Below, one piece after another: positions 39,448 to 51,171 of a stretch of 64,000 bases of DNA. The stretch's first letter is position 1. Every line of letters begins with the position of its first letter. The translations under genes were made by a program, and so were the position numbers. The notes below the pieces were generated by a model that saw nothing but the letters and a program-made list of their open reading frames with translations, had not been told where the DNA came from and did no database searches. The DNA comes from Geosiphon pyriformis uo1 (taxonomy: Eukaryota > Fungi > Glomeromycota): positions 446,035 through 510,034 of the forward strand of contig JAAOMT010000400.1 of NCBI GenBank assembly GCA_016748015.1. The letters run 5' to 3'.

Positions 39448-41440
39448 CCAAAATAAAATTAATAGTTTTTTTAACTCCATAAAAATAAATTCATGTAAAA
39501 TTTTTAATATAAAAACTATTTATAAGTAAGTTAATTAAATCTAAATTTAAATATTTCTTGAAACTAATATTGTATTTAATATTATTTTTATTAAATTTAT
39601 TTACAATTTATAATTTAACACTAAAACAAAGCTTATTTTTTAATTTTTTATATTATTTAATAATATTAATCTGTTTAATAGAAATATTTATGTTTTTAAT
39701 ATTACATATAACTATTTTTTATGTTAAGTTACTTATTAAAAATAAGAAAGTAAAGTCATATTATTATTTAAATACAGAAATTTTATTTTTTTCAGAATTG
39801 TTTTAACAGATTTATTTAAGACCAATATATTGGTTTTAAAACAATTAATTTTAGATGTTAATATTTTTAAGCTATTTATAAATAATTTTAAAAAATTATT
39901 TATTATAACAGATATGATATTATAAATTAGTAGCTTGTTATTTATAATTATATCTAAATACAAATTGTTTACAGATAATAATAATTTAAAATTTCTATTA
40001 TTTTGTAGATACATTTTTTTAGTAACTATTAATTAAGAAAAATAAAAAATAAAATTTAATTTACATAATATTTTATTAATTTAATTAGCAAAAAGTACTA
40101 AAAAATATTTTAGAATATTTAAATAAGAGTTTAAAATAAAGTTATAATACTATTGTTTAAGATATTTAAGCCATTTACTGTTGTTAACTTATAAAAAAAA
40201 GCATAAAATAAAACAAAAATTCTACTATTAACTACTATTATCTAAAACTTATTATTAAAAAAAACTAAATACAAAACTAGATTCTGTTATTTTGTATATA
40301 TATATGTAAAATATTATTAAACCAAAATAAAAAAAATTTTTTTTTATATGATTAAATATTTTGCTATTAAGTGTATAACTGCTTAAAACATGACTAAATT
40401 GTTTATAAGTATTATACAAAAGTAATATTAAACTAATTTAATACAAACTTATATTTTTAAAAACCAAAATTAAGCAAATATTAATATTTTTAGCAAATAC
40501 AAAATTAAAACAAATTACAATATAATATACTTTTTTGTATAAAACAATATTTTGAAAAATAATACAGGATTTTTTATCATATAATAACAAAAGCTTTAAT
40601 AAATTATAAGCAGTAGTATCTATTAATAAAGTATATAAAAAAGTATAATAACAGTTTTTTATGTCTTATGTTTATTTATTATTATTGGTTTTAGTAATAT
40701 ATATTAAGCTTTTTTCCAGTAAAATTAATTATTTAATAGCAATCAAATTAGCAGCTTTAGTGTTTTTAAACTTAATTTACACTTTTTGTCAAAAACCAAT
40801 AAGTTGTATTTTAATTAATTTTACTATACTAAATTTAATTAATATTAATTCTAATACTAATTTGAGAAAATTAATTAAGATTTTTTTAATAAATAATTTT
40901 TAATTTAATCTAGTATTAGTGTATTTAAAATTGGTATTTACTAAAATTTTTTTACTAATAGCTAATTTTTTGGTCTAATTAAAACTAAATTTAAAAATAA
41001 ATATTAACCAAATTATTTTATAAAATTTTAAGAAAGTAGAAGCTTTCCTAAAATTATCTATTTAATAAATAAATTTTCTAAGTTTTTAACTTTTAAAGTC
41101 TTACTTATATTGTTTATTTTACTGCTTATTTTATTTTTTTAAAATTAACAAAAAATGTATTTATTATTATTTAAAATATTAAAATTCAGAAATTTAACAA
41201 AAATATTAATTATAATAATGTTTAAACTAAACTTTTTGGTTTTTTTATTAATATTTTTATAGACAAATATAGATAAATATTGATTTTTTTTAATACTAAA
41301 ATAAAATTTTATACTAGTTTTCTTATTATTAACAATTTTAACTAAAAAAACTATTGGTTTTATAACAATAAAAAAATTAATATTAACAAAAATACTTATA
41401 AAAATATGAAATAAAAAAGTTTATTATAGATTTTTTATTT
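39448..41440 (-). mobile_element. LINE-B 5' part (ORF1 and start of ORF2), very decayed
   Basis: ORF 39736-40014 matches the ORF1 C-terminus (SLKILTSKI..). Decayed APE motifs (WKIATCN.., KTIDFILV) at ~39450-39740. Confidence 0.7.
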
Positions 41441-41444
41441 TTGC

Positions 41445-41925
41445 TATAATAAAAAAATCTATAAAAAAAATTTTGGTATTATTTTATTATTTTTTATAAA
41501 TTTATAATTACAATTAAAAAAACAAAAAAGTTATATATATTACTTTTTTTATAGTAATTAATAAAGTTTTAATAAAAAAAGTTTTTTCTGTTATAAAAGC
41601 AACTAAACAAAATATATTGAAAATATTTTTTTTAAATATTAATAGTATAAACTATTTTTAATGACTTTTAAAGTATTTTTTTTAATTGGTAATTTTTTTT
41701 AATCAAAATTTTTTTCAAAAAACATATTAAGATTAATTCTAATATTATTTTTACTTTTTTAAAAAACACAAAGTTTTAATAACAGATTAGTTAACAAACT
41801 GGTTTTTTTGCTTTTATTATTATTATTATTTTTACTTTATAAATAACCAAAAAGATCAAAGATTTTAAAAAACAACAGTTATTTTTTATTATTATTATAT
41901 TAAATTTTTTTGTAATTTTAAATAA
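41445..41925 (+). mobile_element. Second, older copy of the half-LINE (5' part; continues at ~26330-26470 on the minus strand)
   Basis: ttttctgttataaaagcaactaaacaaaat (~41583) matches ctctctgttatcaaagcaactaggcaaaat (~37265); colinear to the equivalent of ~37635. Confidence 0.72.
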
Positions 41926-41935
41926 AAAAAAAAAA

Positions 41936-44389
41936 TTTCTTTCTCTCTTATATCTACAAATTCTCAAAAAGCACTTTTCTGAAGAAGTTTTTTTTATTTT
42001 ATTTTTCTTGTTAGTATTTCACAATTTCTCTTTCTAATAATCTCTTTTTCGTAAACTTGGAGACTGCTTTTAGTAGTGACATGTCTAAAAAAAAGGCATC
42101 AAAGAGTGCTTTTCATGGTCCTGCAGGTGGCTCTTTCTCACAGAAAAAAAAAGTTGTGCTTAAAAATATTAAACACTCTGGTAACAAAAAAGATATCTCT
42201 CTGAGCAGATCTGAGCTTAGTGACAATGTGTTTTCTAATGTGGATAGTCTGTTTGGTGATAAAAAAGGTGCTAATATGACTGACATTAATGTTGGGTCTT
42301 TTTTGGGTTCAGCTGCCAATACTCTTAAAGTAAAGTGTGTTAATACTGGTGCTGTTTTTGGTTCCCCACTTGGTTTTCCTAATTTTGACATAAATGATAA
42401 TAAAGAAGTATCTCTTCCTTTTTGTCTTTTAATCTTTCTGGATAAGAAGTGAGTCAATCTCAAAATTGTTAAGACTCAAATGGAAGTCTCAGTTAAGAAA
42501 TTATTTGCTTTGGACATTAATCTTTCAGCTATAGAAGGGAAATTAGCAATGACAAAAACCCAAATCATCAGAAATTTTTTTTCAACAATCAATGGTTTTG
42601 GGGGGGCCACTACCCTTTTAAAATTTGAAGAGATCATCCGATCTACCTTTACTTCAAAAAAAGCATGAAAATGGCTGCATTATTGGCCAAAGAAAAAGAA
42701 ATCAATGTAAACAATGATTTTAAAAAACAAGAAATCCATTCAAATTGGACTGTAGTAATTTAAAAAATTCCTATGAACACACCAAAGAAATAATCATCAC
42801 TGCAGTATCTGTTTTTGGGGAAATTAAGTCAATCAAAATTCAGCTAATTAGAATATGGCAAAAGGCTGTGATGGAATTTGCTAAATTGGGACAAGCAGAG
42901 CAACTTGTATCAAAATAGTTATTTCTTATTGGGAAGAACTCAGTGCATGTGGCTATGGCCATGGAAGATCAGGATACTTGAATATCTAGGGATTACTTTA
43001 GAGTGCTTCTGTTTGCTTTGCCAGTGAGAACAACTGCACATGATCTTGGTACTCTTTTAGAAGGGGCTGGTGGAAAAACCTGTATCATTAATTATTCATT
43101 GAATTCTGGTAACTGGGTTTGCTGTGCCATGGTTGGTTTTGGATCTGAGAAGAATTTGGAGTTTGTGTATCATACTGAGCTGATATTTGGTAGTGTTAAA
43201 CTTTTTTGGACTAGATTGAATTTGGTTTGCTACAGGAATTGTGAATGCTTTGGTCATTCTGCTATGAAGTGTGATGTATCTACTACACCCAATGCTAAAT
43301 TCTTAAGATTTATTAAAAAGGTTATTTCAGACATACATTGTTTTTAGCTGGCAAAGCTATATGTAAAGAAGAGTGTTCCTATCTCCTGTCCTGCTGCTTT
43401 TGGTAACAAGTCTTGAGTGCAGGTAGTTTCAATTGTTTCTCCTTTTGGTGGCTCTTATTTCAGTTCTGGTTCTGGATCTGGTTTTTTTTCTCTTGGTGTC
43501 ATTCATAATAAAGGGAATACTCTGAATAGTCATAATTATTCCTCAATTAACAATTGTCTGGCTTCATTGGAATGCTCTTTGGAATTGTTAGCTGATCAAG
43601 TATCAGATGTTTTGCACAGGTTGAATGGCATGGAGCTGGTGTTTTTGGTGCCTGTTCTCAAAGTTAGACATCTAAATATCTCTATTCTTGAGTTGTCAAT
43701 ATTGGATGCTGATATGATTTTGGATATTCTCCAGCCATTTCTTCTTCCTTTGTCTTCCAAGATAGAAGAAAAGACAGTTGATTTGGGTTTAAATAGTTTA
43801 AAAGTTCTGACTTCTAAAGTTGGCGAGTTGGAATCTAAAATGATAGCTCTTAAAGTTTCTATTAAATCAATTTTGGAGAAGTTGGATCTGTTGTGTATGA
43901 ATTCAGGTTCTTTAACACATCATTCACATCAATAAGTGGGCTTGTTTAAAGGGTGGCTACATGTAATGTTAAAAGTATGACAAATTTGGCTAAACAAGAT
44001 AACATTGTTTATTAACATAGGGATTTGGGTAATATAATTTCTATTGTTACTGAGACAAAATTGAGATCTGATATTAGGCCTTAGATTATGGATAAGTTTG
44101 ATGATGTCTGGGTTTTTACCACTGGTTTGGATGTTGGTTTTTGAGGTGCTAGTATTGTCATTATCATGAACACTTTTTTGGCCTGACATGTTTTGAAAAT
44201 AGATGAGATTCCTAGTCAGTTAGTTTCTGTGTGCCTTTTATTCAAAAACAAGCTTTTAGTTATGATTTTGGGTCTATACGCTGGTGTATCCATTAGTACA
44301 TGTTTTGGTTAAGCTGCTGTCATCAATTCTATGATTTCAAGGTGGTTAATTCCAGCTCTTTTGTGATTTTGGATGGTGACTTTAATGAA
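41936..44389 (+). mobile_element. LINE-A, 5' half (5' UTR, ORF1, start of ORF2 endonuclease up to GDFNE)
   Basis: ORFs 42057-42452, 42480-42668, 43003-43347 and 43417-43935 match ORF1 of LINE-C. The APE N-terminus follows and stops abruptly at GGTGACTTTAATGAA. Confidence 0.9.
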
Positions 44390-44537
44390 TAAAAATTATT
44401 TTCAGATAGATAATATGATTATTTTAAATAATATTTGTTATTTTGTTTGTTAAAGTTTTTAATTAATTAAATATGTTAAATAAGAAACTAATTTTAATAC
44501 TAATATGATTTTTTATAATATAATTTTAAATATTAAT
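44385..44537 (+). mobile_element. LINE-B continuation (post-RNase H); resumes at ~51318-51800 after LINE-C
   Basis: ttaaataatatttgttattttgtt is a decayed SGNxRHFV motif. The 51318+ segment matches the ORF2 C-terminal region. Confidence 0.62.
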
Positions 44538-44666
44538 CTTTATCTCCTTCGTCCCAAATTCCAGAAAAGAGTCAAAATTTTGAAAGAAGTTTTTCTGTTT
44601 TTTTATATACTGTCTTCCACCATTTCACAAGAAACAAACCCTTTTGTTGTTGGTCCAGCTGCCATT

Positions 44667-46505
44667 ATAAGTGGCCCTAGTGTTAAGAGAAGGTCAGCCA
44701 GAGTTTTGACCACTGGTTCAGTTGGTGGTAGTTCAGGTCATAAAATCAAGAAACTCCTCAGTGGTACCAAGCTCTCAAGTAGTGGTGCAACTCTCAAAAG
44801 TGGTGGGTCTGGTCATGTGGTCGGGCAGTTTAATGGCATGGATACTGATGGAGAAGCTTCTGAAGGTAAAGAAGTACCTGATTCCAGGATGAATACGCTT
44901 TAAGCCAAGCATTTCAATTATGGTGCGACTGTCGGCTTTATTAATTATGACATAAAGGAAGAAGAGAAAGTCTCTCTTTTCTCTTGTAAGTTTTTCTCTT
45001 TGGATAAAGTGTGGGTGGATCCCAAAATCATTAAAACTCAAGTAAAAGTCACTGTGAAAAAATCATTTACTTTGGACATTAATCTTTTGGCTATAGAAGA
45101 GAAATTGGCAACAGCCAAGACTCAGATCATAAGAAAATTATTTTCAGGAATCAATAGTTTTGGGAGAGCCACTACCCCCTCAAAATTTGAAGGGATCATC
45201 AAATCTACATTCACGTCTAAAGAAAGCATGGAAAGAGCTGTGTCATTGGCTAGAAAAAAGGGGATTATCATAAACAGCAATCTCAAAAGACAAGGAATTC
45301 GCTCAGATCAGGCCATAGTAATCAAGAAAATTCCCATGGATACACCTAAGAACATGATCATCACTGCAGTAGCTGAATTTGGAGAAATTAAGTTGATCCG
45401 TGTACAACTGATTGGGCTATGGCAGAAGACTGTGGTTGAGTTTGCCAAATCGGAACAGACAGTACAATTGGCTTCTAAGTGGTCATTCCTAATTGGGAAA
45501 GATTTGGTGCGTGTGACTATGGCTGTGAGAAATCGCAAGACTTGGGCTTCTAGAGATTGGTTCAGAGCACTGTTGTTTACTTTGCCAGTGGGAACGACAG
45601 CTCATGATCTTGACAATCTGTTAAAGGAGGCTGACGGGAAAACTTGCATTATCAATCGGTCATTTGAAATGGGCAATAGGGTTCGCTGTGCTGTGGTTGG
45701 TTTTGATTTTGAGGAGAAGCTGGAAGCTGCTTTTTGCATGGAACCAATTTTTGGCGGTGTGAAACTTTCTTGGGCTAGGTTAGACTTGGTTCGGTGTGAA
45801 AAGTGTGGGAGATTTGAACACTTAGCCTTGGAATGCAATGCTTCTGATGTTTCTGTTCTTGCGCTTTCTATTGCTTTGAAAAAAGGAAGACATGTTTTCA
45901 GTATGAATTGCTTTCATTTAGCCAAGTTATATGCAAAGAAAAATGTTCCTATCTCTCAGTCTGCTGCCTTTGGTGACAAATCTTGGGCTCAGATGGTCTC
46001 TCTTGCTTTCTTTGCTGGTGGCTCTCCCTCTGGTTCTGGTTTTGGTTTTGGTTTCTCTTTGTCAGGTGCTTCAGGTTTGGTTGGTGGTGCTTTCTCCTCC
46101 CCAATTGACAGGTCTCTTTTGGATGCTCAGTTGGCGTTTTTGGAGCGCTCTCTTGAACTTTTGGCTGACCAGGTTTCTGGCATTCTTAGAAAATTGAATT
46201 TTGTTGAATTGGTGCCCATGGTGCCATCTTCTGATACTTTTTCTTTGGTTGGCTCTGTACCTGTGGCTCCTGTTTTGGACTCAAATATGGTTTTGGATGG
46301 CGCGTTGACGTTACCCTCTCCCCCTCCCTCAAATGCTGAGTTGGATGTGGGTTTCAGTTCAAGTAGTTCAAAGGTTCTGACCACCAAAGTGGGTGGCTTG
46401 GAGTCTAAAATGTTGGCTCTAGAGGCTTCAGTCAGTTCTGTTTTGGCGAAATTGGATCTCTTGTGTTCTGATTTGGGTTCCTTTTTACTGCTTTCATCCC
46501 AATGA
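44667..46505 (+). pseudogene. LINE-C ORF1 (RRM-like, CCHC knuckle CEKCGRFEHLALEC, coiled coil)
   Basis: ORFs 44505-44903 and 45000-46505 share a frame. The start is inferred (ATA, probably mutated ATG). Confidence 0.8.
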
Positions 46506-49500
46506 GCGGTCTGATTTGGAAATTTGCTACATGTAATGTTTGTAGAATCAATGTCCCTGCCAAGCAGGAGGATGTTATACGTTGGCATCACAATTCTGGC
46601 AATTTGGTCTCGTTCATCATGGAAACAAAGTTGAGGTCTTCTACTAGGCCATAGATTGCAGATAAGTTTGATGAAGTGCGAATTTTTTCTTCAGGATTGG
46701 ATAAGGGTTTTGTTGGTACTGGGGTTGTGATTATTATGAACAGTTCATTGGTTCGACATGTTTCTAAGATTGAAGAGATCCCTGGTCGAGTTATTTTGGT
46801 GTGTCTTTTGTTCAAAGGCAAGCTTTTGGTGACTGTACTTGGTTTGTATGCTGGCGCATCTCTGGGCGTTTGTTTTAGGCAGGCATTTAAGGTTAATTCA
46901 TTCATTGTTAAGGCTGTTAATGCCAGCAATTTTGTTGTCTTGGGTGGAGATTTTAACGAAAATGAATCTGAGAGGAGTGTGAGTTATGGGTTTTGCTTGG
47001 GTTTTGGTCTGGTCAATTCACTTGCTGGCCATCAGTTGACAAAGGCTTCTATGTGGAGCAACTTGAGAGAGATAGAAAAAACTATTGATTACATTTTGGT
47101 TAGTGAGAATCTGTTTTCTGCTGTTGTTAAGCATTGGGTTGGGTCAGTCTCAGAATTTTTTGATACAGACCACAAGGCTGTTATGGTGTCAGTTGGTCTG
47201 GGCAGATTTTTGGATGTTCAGTTGAATAGTTTGCGCAAGCAGGCTAACAAAAATTGTTGGAAGTTCAAGGTCAAGGATGCAGATGCTTCCAAGTGGTCTG
47301 AGTTTAGGGATTGTGTTTCAGCTAAGCTTTTGTTGATCAAGGACCTTTTCTCTGATGCTAAAGCTGGTGGTGATTTGAATACCATGTGGACAATTTTAGG
47401 AAAAGTGATGGTTGAGTCTGCTGATGAGATTTTTTCCAGACAATGGTTTAGTGAATTTCAATGTTCTAAAAATAAGCATTTTTCAAAGTTCTTTGGGTTG
47501 AAGTTACTCGTTGCCAAGATTGTTGGTGTGGTTTGTGCTGGTAACGTGCTTGAAGTTGATTATCTTGTGAGAAAATAGTCTACTTTGGATGAGGCCAAAG
47601 CTTGCACATTCTCTAATTTGGTTAGATTAGATGTAAGTAGTATGGTTCTTCTTAAGTATCTGTCATCAAGTCGCAAAGAATACAGAAAGTTGAAGATGTT
47701 TGAATCGAGGTTGGCTGAGGAAGTTTCTATTAGGAGAGCTGTAGAGAGACACATGGAGAGTTTTGCTTTTAATAAAGAGAGCATGATAAGGAATGTATTG
47801 GATCGGCCTTTTCGCAAGGTAATTCTTGATTATTTGGTTATTAATGATGGTTTGGTTCTGGAATCTGTGGAAATAAAGTCTAAGATAGACGAGATTATGG
47901 TGGAATGGACAAGGAAGCAGGTGGTGCCTACAGTGGTGTCTGAACTCTGGGCTCGCCAGTATGTATCTTTGGATCATATACGGGATGATGCTTTTTCTGG
48001 GGTAATGCATGAAATTGGTTTGGGTGAGCTGTTATCAGTTGTTGGGAGTCTGCCTAATAGCAAGGCTGCTGGCTTGTTTGGCATTCCTAATAAGCTGTAG
48101 AAGCATGGTGGTGATGTGGTGTTAGGTTGTTTTCTGAAGCTGTTGAATACGTGTTTGGTTGTTGGAGGTGTGTCTACTTTGTGGAGAAGAGCGTGAGTTT
48201 TGATGATTCTGAAACCTTATGACTGGGATGAGGTTCTTATGAACACTCAGTCTATTGTGCTGATCGAGACTGCCAGGAAGATTCTCTCCAAGATTCTTTC
48301 TGACAGGATTTTGTCAGCTTGTAGCAAGTTTGGTATTCTGCATGATGATAATTTTTCTGTTTTAAAGGGTACGTCTACCCAGTCTCCAGTGTTTGCTGTC
48401 GGCTCGGTAGTTAAGAATGCTTTGGAAAAAAATCAAGAACTTTGGTTAGTGTTGCAGAATATGAGTAAAGCATATAACTCAGTTGGGTGGTACTACTTGG
48501 AAGCGAGCTTGAAGCACATCAAGATATGCAGTAGGTTTATTAGTTTTTTTAGTGGTATACACAATAATAGGGTTAACAAGATTATGACAAATTTTGGTAT
48601 GTCAGATGGCTATCATGTGCACAATGGTTTGGATCAAGATGAGGTTTTCTCCCTTCTTCTTTGGAGAATCTTCTATAATCCGCTATTGTATGAGGTCAAA
48701 CGGCATAAACATTTGTGTGGATACAGGATTGACACTAAGTTTGTGGTGAGAACTGGTAGAATTAAGAGTAGTGGTGGGATGTCCTTCTTTTTTGCTGCTG
48801 GTGCTTTTGTGAATGATACAATTTGGGTAGGAGATTGCCAGGCTTCCACGCAGTATGCTCTTAATATTGCTAGTGAATTTTTTTCTATCAATGATATTTT
48901 AATTAATAATGAGAAGATGGTGGCTATTCCAATTAATCAGAGTGTCAAGGTTGCTTCATTAAGTATTAGTAATCAGCCGATCTTTATAGCAAAAAAGGGT
49001 GAAGCTTACAGGTACCTGGGAATCTTTTTGTTGACTAAAGAGTTGTCCAAACCTAGTTTGGCCAAGGCATACTCAGATGTCCATTTTTTTACCAATGTAG
49101 TACTCAGAAAAGTCATCACAGACAAGCAGTTTTCTTATTTGGTCTTAGCTGTTTTATAGCCAATTATTAGTTACAGAATGCAGTTTAGTTTTGTCTCCTC
49201 TGGTATATGCCACAAGTGGGACATTTTGGTAAGGAAGGGTCTCAGGTCTAAGGCTTGCTTACCTCGTGACTTCCTGAATGAAGCTTTGCATTATTCTTCT
49301 TTTTATGGCTTGAAGCCTTTCGATCAGATACAGTCCAAAAGCAAGATGGCTGCTGTGATCTTTTTTTCAAATGCTCTGGGTATTCTTGGTCGGTTGTTTC
49401 TCCATCGCTTCTTGGATTTGCAGGTTCTTGGGTGAATGTTCTTGAATCCATTGCAGTTTCCAGTCAAGCTGCATATTAGTCCTGTGAACAATTTTTTAGC

Positions 49501-51171
49501 TGGTATGGTCAAAATCTTTTTGGATTGTGAGCTGTTTTTAGTGAATATTCTGCCTAGTGCTTTTAGGGATCCTGGTGTTTTTCCTATGTCTGTGATTTTG
49601 GGGAAGTCTTTGTTTCTTAGTTGTGTTTGTTCTTTAAAGCATTTTGGGATTGCCTTTAGTAACAGACTTCTTGACAAAAAAGATGCTGTAATGGATTGGA
49701 AGACTTTTCATCATTGAAAAAAACTTGATCCCAGGGGCCCTGTGTTTCATTGGTTCAATGTCATGCATAAGTTTTTGCTGGATAGGGGCTTGGCACCACA
49801 TACTGCTAATAATGCTGGTGGTTCTTTGGGCTGTAGTGTTTTGGACTCTGAACAGTTTGCTTTTGTGCGAGATGATTTGCTTGAAGTTTGGTCTGACTCT
49901 TTGGATGTTTATACTGATGGTTCATTGAAATCAGCTGGCTCCTCCAGCATGGTTAGTGGGGCCGCTGCTTATTTTTCTGCTTTGGATGCAGGAGTTGGTG
50001 TTGGTGTATGTGGGCTTTTATCTTCGACTCTGTTGGAATTGCAGGCTGTGGCTCTTGCTCTGGAATGCATTCCTTTCTCTTGTTCAGTGGTTTTGTATCT
50101 CAACAGCCAAGTTGCCATTGATGCGTGTGTGTCTGAATTGGCTTTTGTTGTCCCTGACTTTCACAATCATTGTTGGATTGAGAGAAAACATGTTGCCAAT
50201 TTAATTAGGGATAAGGATCTTGCTGTGAGTTGGGAGTTTCTGGCAATGATCAAGCTGATGCACTAGCTGGTAAGGCTGTTGGCTCTCCCATTTTTTTGCC
50301 GTCTGGAGTTCATGAGTGTTTTCTGTTGGCTAAGGATACTGCAGTTTCAGGTAATGTTCGTCACTTTGTTAGGGATGTTTTTAGATCTGTTTGTTGTGCT
50401 CGTTGGGAGACTGGTCCGGGTTATGATGTGGTTCCAGCTATTCCATTGCAGCATTTTGATTGGGACATTTCCGCATGGGTCTGGCATCCTGACTTGTATA
50501 TGCTTGCTGAATTTACCAGCTGGAAATTGGCAAGTTTTCGCACATACTTGATGAAGGCTCTACATAGAAAATTGCCAGTGGTTGTTCACAAAAAATTGTA
50601 CAATAAACATTATCCTGGTGTTCAGTGTTTGTTGTGCGATGAAGTGGAGTTGTCTGACCATGTTTTTACTTGTTTTCGAAATGTTTATGTGTGGGAAGAT
50701 ATTCTGTCAGAGATATCTGCTCATTGGATTTCCATGGCTGGTGCGTGTAATTCGTCTTCTTCCTCTGTTTTAAGGACTCTTAATCTCTGCTAGTCGGACG
50801 TTGGCTTGTATTCAGTCATGTATAGAGGATTTGTGCTTAAGGATTGGTGTGCAGAGGCTGTTGGCATTTTTAAGGATGTTAAGTGTGCTTCTGGTGTGGT
50901 TGTTAACTTTGTGAGGTATTTGGTTGAGTTACATCGATCTAAAGTGTGGTTGGTTAGATCTAAATTTAGGGTAAACATGGAAAAAGCAGGTTTGGTTGGT
51001 GATGATAGTTTGGTGTTAGGACTGTTGCATTGTATGACTTCTATGCTTTCGGATGATGTGATCAGGTTGCTTGGCATTGTGGAGTCTTTTGCTGTAAGTT
51101 TTGGCTGTCGCAGGCCTTGTCTTTTTTTTTCCAGTTTGGATGGTAATCTGTATGTTAGTTTAAGTGTATAG
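46502..51171 (+). pseudogene. LINE-C ORF2 (APE endonuclease, reverse transcriptase, RNase H, C-terminal zinc finger)
   Basis: GGDFNE, TIDYILV, DTDH (APE); AFV[D]DT (RT); VYTDGS...ELQAV...GNDQADALA (RNase H); CLLCDEVELSDHVFTC. In-frame stops and one frameshifting deletion near 50230. Confidence 0.92.

Noticed and set aside
39558-40903. Short I/L/F/N/K-rich ORFs (39558-39806, 40661-40903; also 52243-52695) that look like membrane or mitochondrial proteins
   Set aside because: Compositional artefacts of extremely AT-rich decayed repeats.
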